From contig JBJKQR010000014.1 of the NCBI GenBank assembly GCA_046735395.1, positions 1-52,793 of the forward strand: 52,793 nt of DNA, read 5' to 3'. The stretch is from Fidelibacterota bacterium (GTDB lineage Bacteria; Fidelibacterota; Fidelibacteria; Fidelibacterales; DSDE01). The notes under the pieces were generated by a model. That model saw only the letters and a program-made list of their open reading frames with translations, did not search any database and was not told the origin of the DNA. Made by a program: the position numbers and the translations under genes. This document shows, piece after piece, positions 48,257-52,793 of the stretch. How positions within the stretch are numbered: position 1 is the stretch's first letter; each line of letters opens with the position of its first letter.

Positions 48257-50146
48257 ATGAGTTATCATGACCGAAATTACCCCGAACTCACCGTCAAGGC
48301 CGTTTTGCTTGGCGTTATTCTGTCTGTCATTCTTGCCAGCGCCAACGCTTACCTGGGACTGTTTGCCGGTATGACCGTATCGGCCTCTATTCCGGCCGCT
48401 GTCATTTCCATGGGAATTCTGCGCTTCTTCCGCAAGTCGAATATCCTGGAAAATAATATTGTTCAGACAGCTGCTTCCGCCGGAGAGTCTCTGGCTGCAG
48501 GTGTGATATTTACCATACCGGCTCTGGTGCTCATGGGATACTGGACGCGTTTTGATTACATGGAAATCGCTAAAATATCGGGAATCGGCGGACTGATCGG
48601 TGTTCTGTTCACCATTCCGCTCCGTAAGGCTCTCATTGTGGAGGCTGCCCTGCAGTACCCTGAAGGTGTTGCGACCGCAGAGGTGCTTCGTGCAGGCAGC
48701 GGTGAGGAAGAGGACGGCAGCGGAGAAGGGAACAAGGGGGCCATCCGCATCCTGGCGCTGACAGCTGTTGCCGGCGGACTCATGAAAATCATGCAGCAGG
48801 GCTTCAGTATGTGGAACAGCTCTCTGGAAGGCGCCGCGGCGCTGACAATGAAGGGACGGAAACTCCTGTTCGGATTCGGATCCGATCTGTCTCCCGCGCT
48901 GCTGGCGGTCGGATATATTGTGGGCCGGAACATCGCAATTCTCGTCTTTTCCGGTGGTCTGATTTCCTGGCTCTTTGCCATTCCGATCTATACCTGGATC
49001 AGCGGTGATGCCTCACCGGCCACCATTGATACGGCCAATGCCATCTGGAATGCAAAAATCCGCTATCTCGGTGTGGGTGCCATGGTCGTGGGAGGAATCT
49101 GGTCCATTATCAACCTGTACCAGCCGCTGAAGAGCGGAATCATATCGAGCATCAAGGCCTATAAATCCATGAAGGCCGGCGCAGTCATTGAGCCGCGTGA
49201 CATGGATATTCCCATCAAATGGGTGGGTATCGGACTTATACTCGCGTTTTTCCCCGTTTTATTCGTTTACTTCGGAATCCTGCACGATATGAGTGTTGCC
49301 ATCCTCATGAGCATTGTCATGATGATTTTCGGCTTTCTGTTCTCCGCAGTGGCCGGATACATGGCCGGTCTTGTGGGATCCTCGAATAATCCCATTTCCG
49401 GTGTCACCATCGCAACCATTCTGTTCGCGTCCCTGCTGCTGCTGGCCATCAAGGGGACCGGCAGTGTGGAAGGGGCCGCATCCGCCATCATCATCGGGGC
49501 CGTTGTCTGTTCCGCCGCCGCCATTGCCGGCGATAATATGCAGGATCTGAAATCAGGCTATATTCTGGGCGCGACGCCCTGGAAACAGCAGATTGCCCAG
49601 ATTCTGGGAACCGTTGCTGCTGCAATTTCACTCGGACTCACTCTCGATATTCTCCATTCCGCATATGTCATCGGTTCGGATACACTGCCTGCACCTCAGG
49701 CAACCCTGATGAAATCGGTTGCCGATGGTGTGTTTAACGCCAATCTTCCCTGGGATTTCGTGGGTGTGGGGGCTGTGATCGGTGTGCTGATCATTATTGC
49801 TGACCTTATTCAGAAACAGCGTGGTTCCTCCTTCCGAATCCCTATTCTGGCTGTCGCTGTCGGAATTTATCTGCCCCTCTCATTATCAACCCCCATCTTT
49901 ATCGGCGGTATGATATCCCATTTCACTAAGCCTGCAGAGGGGGAAGGCGGGAGCACAGGCCTGCTGTTCGCATCCGGACTCATTACCGGCGAGGCACTCA
50001 TGGGTATTGCCGTAGCCATCCCCATTTTTCTGACAGCAAATAAAAACTGGTGGCCGGCTGTTCACGGATTTTCCTGGCTGGGAACGCTTTTATTTCTGGC
50101 CATCATTTACTGGCTCTATTCGACAGCAAAAAAACAAGAGAAATAA
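48257..50146 (+). CDS. OPT-family oligopeptide transporter
   Basis: Motifs ELTVKA..LG, NAYLGL.AG, SASIPAAVIS, ENNIVQT.ASAGE, L.YPEG.A.AEVL, GSSNNPISG, MQDLK.G...GATPW.QQ and APQATLM. Confidence 0.93.
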   Translation: MSYHDRNYPELTVKAVLLGVILSVILASANAYLGLFAGMTVSASIPAAVISMGILRFFRKSNILENNIVQTAASAGESLAAGVIFTIPALVLMGYWTRFDYMEIAKISGIGGLIGVLFTIPLRKALIVEAALQYPEGVATAEVLRAGSGEEEDGSGEGNKGAIRILALTAVAGGLMKIMQQGFSMWNSSLEGAAALTMKGRKLLFGFGSDLSPALLAVGYIVGRNIAILVFSGGLISWLFAIPIYTWISGDASPATIDTANAIWNAKIRYLGVGAMVVGGIWSIINLYQPLKSGIISSIKAYKSMKAGAVIEPRDMDIPIKWVGIGLILAFFPVLFVYFGILHDMSVAILMSIVMMIFGFLFSAVAGYMAGLVGSSNNPISGVTIATILFASLLLLAIKGTGSVEGAASAIIIGAVVCSAAAIAGDNMQDLKSGYILGATPWKQQIAQILGTVAAAISLGLTLDILHSAYVIGSDTLPAPQATLMKSVADGVFNANLPWDFVGVGAVIGVLIIIADLIQKQRGSSFRIPILAVAVGIYLPLSLSTPIFIGGMISHFTKPAEGEGGSTGLLFASGLITGEALMGIAVAIPIFLTANKNWWPAVHGFSWLGTLLFLAIIYWLYSTAKKQEK

Positions 50147-50147
50147 T

Positions 50148-51191
50148 ATGACTGATCAAGAGCTCCATGCCTATATCCGCAAACTTCCCAAGACGGATCT
50201 CCATTGCCATCTGGATGGATCACTGAGAGTTGAGTCCATCATTGACATGGCCAGGGAGCAGAATATCAAACTGCCGGCCGATGATCCGGAAGAACTGAAG
50301 CATTACCTGCACTGTGAATCAAATTGCGCCTCGCTTGAGGATTATCTGAAACGCTTTGATCTCACGCTGTCCGTGATGCAGACTCCGGGTGCCCTTGAAC
50401 GGGCTGCCTATGAACTGGGTGAGGATGCGTCCCTGGAAAATATCAAATGGCTGGAAGTGCGCTATTCTCCCATCCTTCATCTCGAACAGGGCATGAAGAC
50501 CATGGATAATCTGGAGGCGGTCATCCGGGGTATGAAACGGGCCGAGAAGGATTTCGGCATTCGGGGCGGTGTCATCGTCTGCGGTATGCGTCAGATCAAG
50601 CCGCAGGTCTCTGTTCAGCTGGCAGAACTTGCTGTGGCTTACAAAAATCGGGGTGTTATCGGTTTTGACCTGGCCGGCCCTGAGGAAAATTATCCGGCCA
50701 AGGATCATCAGGCGGCGTTCAATCTGGTTCTCAAAAATAATATTAATGTCACCATTCACGCCGGTGAAGCCTACGGGGCGGAAAGTATTCATCAGGCCGT
50801 GCATTACTGCGGTGCGCATCGAATCGGCCATGGAACGCGCCTGGCGGAGGACGGCGATCTGATGAATTATATCAATGATCACCGGATCTGCCTCGAAGTC
50901 TGCCTTACCTCCAATGTACAGACAAAAAGCGTCAGACAGCTGGAGCACCATCCCTTCAAATTTTTCCGCGACTACGGCCTGCGGCTCTCCATCAATACGG
51001 ATAACCGGCTCATCTCCAATACGACGGTTACGGATGAACTGGTTCTGGCCGCCAGACTCTACCAGCTGAGCAGGGAAGACATCCACGATATCATTATCGA
51101 TGGCTTCAAATCCACGTTCATGCATTATCGCGAACGGAAAGCCATGGTGCAGGAAATCGCCACGGAGCTGGATAATCTGATCCGACTTTAA
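50148..51191 (+). CDS. add: Adenosine deaminase
   Basis: Motifs LPKTDLHCHLDGS, EVRYSP, GFDLAG.E, TIHAGE, RIGHG, EVC.TSN and INTDN. Confidence 0.92.
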   Translation: MTDQELHAYIRKLPKTDLHCHLDGSLRVESIIDMAREQNIKLPADDPEELKHYLHCESNCASLEDYLKRFDLTLSVMQTPGALERAAYELGEDASLENIKWLEVRYSPILHLEQGMKTMDNLEAVIRGMKRAEKDFGIRGGVIVCGMRQIKPQVSVQLAELAVAYKNRGVIGFDLAGPEENYPAKDHQAAFNLVLKNNINVTIHAGEAYGAESIHQAVHYCGAHRIGHGTRLAEDGDLMNYINDHRICLEVCLTSNVQTKSVRQLEHHPFKFFRDYGLRLSINTDNRLISNTTVTDELVLAARLYQLSREDIHDIIIDGFKSTFMHYRERKAMVQEIATELDNLIRL

Positions 51192-51350
51192 AATATTTCT
51201 AATTCTAAAATAGCTTTTTCCCAATTTGAATCCGATCGGATGGATCTTCAATTCCTGAATATTTTCATAATATATTTAATGAATATTTCAGGAAATTCAT
51301 CTCAGGTGATTCAAGTTAACTGTCTGATATATCGAAATAAACTCAGGAAT

Positions 51351-51375
51351 ATATAAAGCCCCCGGAAGCGGGGGC
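51351..51375 (-). terminator. Terminator downstream of tRNA-Ser
   Basis: Minus strand reads GCCCCCG-CTTC-CGGGGGC then TTTATAT, about 10 nt after the tRNA 3' end. Confidence 0.65.
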
Positions 51376-51384
51376 ATGTGAATG

Positions 51385-51467
51385 CGGAGGACGAGGGACT
51401 CGAACCCCCAAGCGGTTTCCCGCGGCGGTTTTCAAGACCGCTGACTTACCAATTAGCCTAGTCCTCC
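51385..51467 (-). tRNA. tRNA-Ser(TGA)
   Basis: Minus strand folds as: acceptor GGAGGAC/GTCCTCC, anticodon arm GCGGT-CTTGAAA-ACCGC, long variable arm GCGG-GAAA-CCGC, T-loop TTCGAGT, discriminator G. CCA is not encoded. Confidence 0.95.
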
Positions 51468-51481
51468 CTCAATGCGAAATA

Positions 51482-51517
51482 GCGCGGAAGTTTAAAGTAC
51501 TTTTATTAATTATGCAA
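51482..51517 (-). promoter_or_regulatory. Putative sigma70 stable-RNA promoter for tRNA-Ser
   Basis: Minus strand TTGCAT-N17-TAAACT followed by the GC-rich discriminator TCCGCGC. Confidence 0.6.
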
Positions 51518-51747
51518 TTGAAAAATCAGGAAACATACGTCGTTGCGAGTTAAATGACACAGACTTTGATTTGCAATAGGTTGCTACGATATCCGTGAAT
51601 TCGTTTTTATAGAATTCCCCGGAGGAATGCCGTTTTTGAATAATGAAAGCCCTGTCAGTGAAATAAAAAATTCTGTTTAATCATTAATTTGTATTGTAAA
51701 TTTGTACGGCTTGAAATATAATTCGGGGTGAGAGAGGGATCATAAAG

Positions 51748-52119
51748 ATGCGAAAAATATTAGTTGTAGACGACGAAGCGAACATCCGGTTCCTTATTAA
51801 GACTGCTCTGGAAAATTTTAATTGCGAAATTTTCACGGCCGAGGATGGCGAAAAGGCGCTGACGCTTTACCAGCGAAACCCGGTTGATCTGGTTATAACC
51901 GATATCATTATGCCGAATAAGGAAGGGGCTCAGCTCATTTCCGAATTGAAGAATCTTGACGCGGATATCAAAATCATTGCCATATCCGGCGGAGGCCTTA
52001 TCGGCCCCAATACCTACCTGGAACTGGCGCAGCAGCTGGGAGCGGACCATATTCTGTCCAAACCCTTCAGTATTGCGAATCTGAAAGCCATCGTCAAGGA
52101 TCTGCTTCCCGATATTTAA
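51748..52119 (+). CDS. Single-domain response regulator (receiver only)
   Basis: Motifs ILVVDDE, DLVITDIIMP..EG, IIAISGG and GAD..L.KPF. Confidence 0.92.
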   Translation: MRKILVVDDEANIRFLIKTALENFNCEIFTAEDGEKALTLYQRNPVDLVITDIIMPNKEGAQLISELKNLDADIKIIAISGGGLIGPNTYLELAQQLGADHILSKPFSIANLKAIVKDLLPDI

Positions 52120-52285
52120 TTCTGACATATACATTTTCTTCATAAAAACGTCTCCTGACAGCACTTTTTGGTTTTTATAATACGTTACAATAAGCAGAAA
52201 GTGCGTATCCTGTGAAATTCTAGTACAAGTTCCGGACAACCATTTTTCGCTGCGGGGTGTCGAACTGAAAACGCAAGGAGAGATC

Positions 52286-52793
52286 ATGAGAAATAATCTG
52301 ATAAAAATAGTGGTGAGCACGGCTGTCGCTGTATCTCTTTTCGCCGGCGGCGAAGACCATGACGGATTCAAAATCGCCATAAAGAACACCGGGCTTTGTC
52401 TGGGTAACTCCAAGAATTTTACCGGGCTACGGATCAACACTGTGGACCGGGATATTGAATCCATTCAGGGTGTGAATGTGACCCTATGGCCGGGTGGAAG
52501 CAATGCAAGCGGCAGTGTAACGGGCCTCTCTCTGGGAGTGCTTCCCTCAGCGCATACGCTCTCGGGTATTAATCTGGGTGTTCTGGGTGTCGGTGCGGAG
52601 GGATCCCTCAGTGGATTTTCCGCGGGATTGTTCGGTGCCGGAGCCGGCCGTGATATGAATGGGATCGTGCTTGGCGGACTGGGTGCAGGGAGCGGCCATA
52701 ATCTGCATGGCTTTGGTTTCGGACTGGCCGGTCTGGGAGTCGGACGGGATATTTTTGGTGTTGCCATCGGTGCCCTGGGGCTGGGTGCAGGAA
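52286..52793 (+). CDS. 3'-truncated secreted Gly-rich repeat protein (LA_2272-like surface repeats); absent from the ORF track
   Basis: RBS AAGGAG, then ATG 52286, open to the window end: MRNNLIKIVVSTAVAVSLFAG...FTGLRIN...IQGVNVTL...VTGLSLGV...LSGINLGVLGVG...LSGFSAGLFGAG...MNGIVLGGLGAG...LHGFGFGLAGLG, with a ~16-aa period. Confidence 0.8.
   Translation, partial: MRNNLIKIVVSTAVAVSLFAGGEDHDGFKIAIKNTGLCLGNSKNFTGLRINTVDRDIESIQGVNVTLWPGGSNASGSVTGLSLGVLPSAHTLSGINLGVLGVGAEGSLSGFSAGLFGAGAGRDMNGIVLGGLGAGSGHNLHGFGFGLAGLGVGRDIFGVAIGALGLGAG

Noticed and set aside
51252..51294. AT-rich imperfect inverted repeat TTCCTGAA...TTCAGGAA after add
   Set aside because: It is a weak, AT-rich stem without a clean U-tract, so it cannot be supported as a terminator or element end.
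51192..51467. tRNA-Ser as the integration site of a genomic island
   Set aside because: There is no integrase or transposase in the window, and I saw no duplicated tRNA 3' end. The flanking genes are ordinary metabolic genes.
51760..52767. Minus-strand ORFs 51760-52464 and 52465-52767
   Set aside because: They are antisense to the response regulator and to the truncated repeat protein starting at 52286.

Overview
This is a gene-dense bacterial window. Several proteins carry Por/T9SS-like (FlgD-Ig-type) C-terminal sorting domains, and there is a PorV-family barrel but no SusC/SusD pair. That points to an FCB-group organism outside classic Bacteroidia (e.g. Marinimicrobia/KSB1/Calditrichota-like); the taxonomy is inference only. 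Layout: (1) 1-14945 is a pectin utilisation locus: a probable PL1 tail, a TonB-dependent transporter, an unknown protein with a variant sorting domain, a PorV-like barrel, GH105, a CE12 fusion, CE8, PL10 and GH28. (2) About 14990-15500 is a degenerate non-coding repeat array. (3) 15635-27296 is a LacI-headed hexuronate operon: uxaC, TRAP, a uxuB-like SDR, gnd, a LarA-family epimerase, DUF4861, kduI and kduD. (4) 28178-34562 holds a small beta-barrel, a nonaheme c-type cytochrome with a T9SS-like tail, and a chemoreceptor with a heme-c motif and a Cys-rich PAS domain. (5) The rest is a LiaF-like/LytS-LytTR cassette, manA, a TolB-like protein plus secreted amidase, a split LKR-SDH pair coupled to nadB, an OPT transporter plus add, tRNA-Ser(TGA), a receiver-only regulator and a truncated repeat surface protein. 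The best leads are the SusD-less TBDT/variant-CTD/PorV triad, the putatively T9SS-exported multiheme cytochrome, and a LarA-based route from hexuronates into the pentose phosphate pathway. All family calls come from motif recognition by eye; no searches were run.
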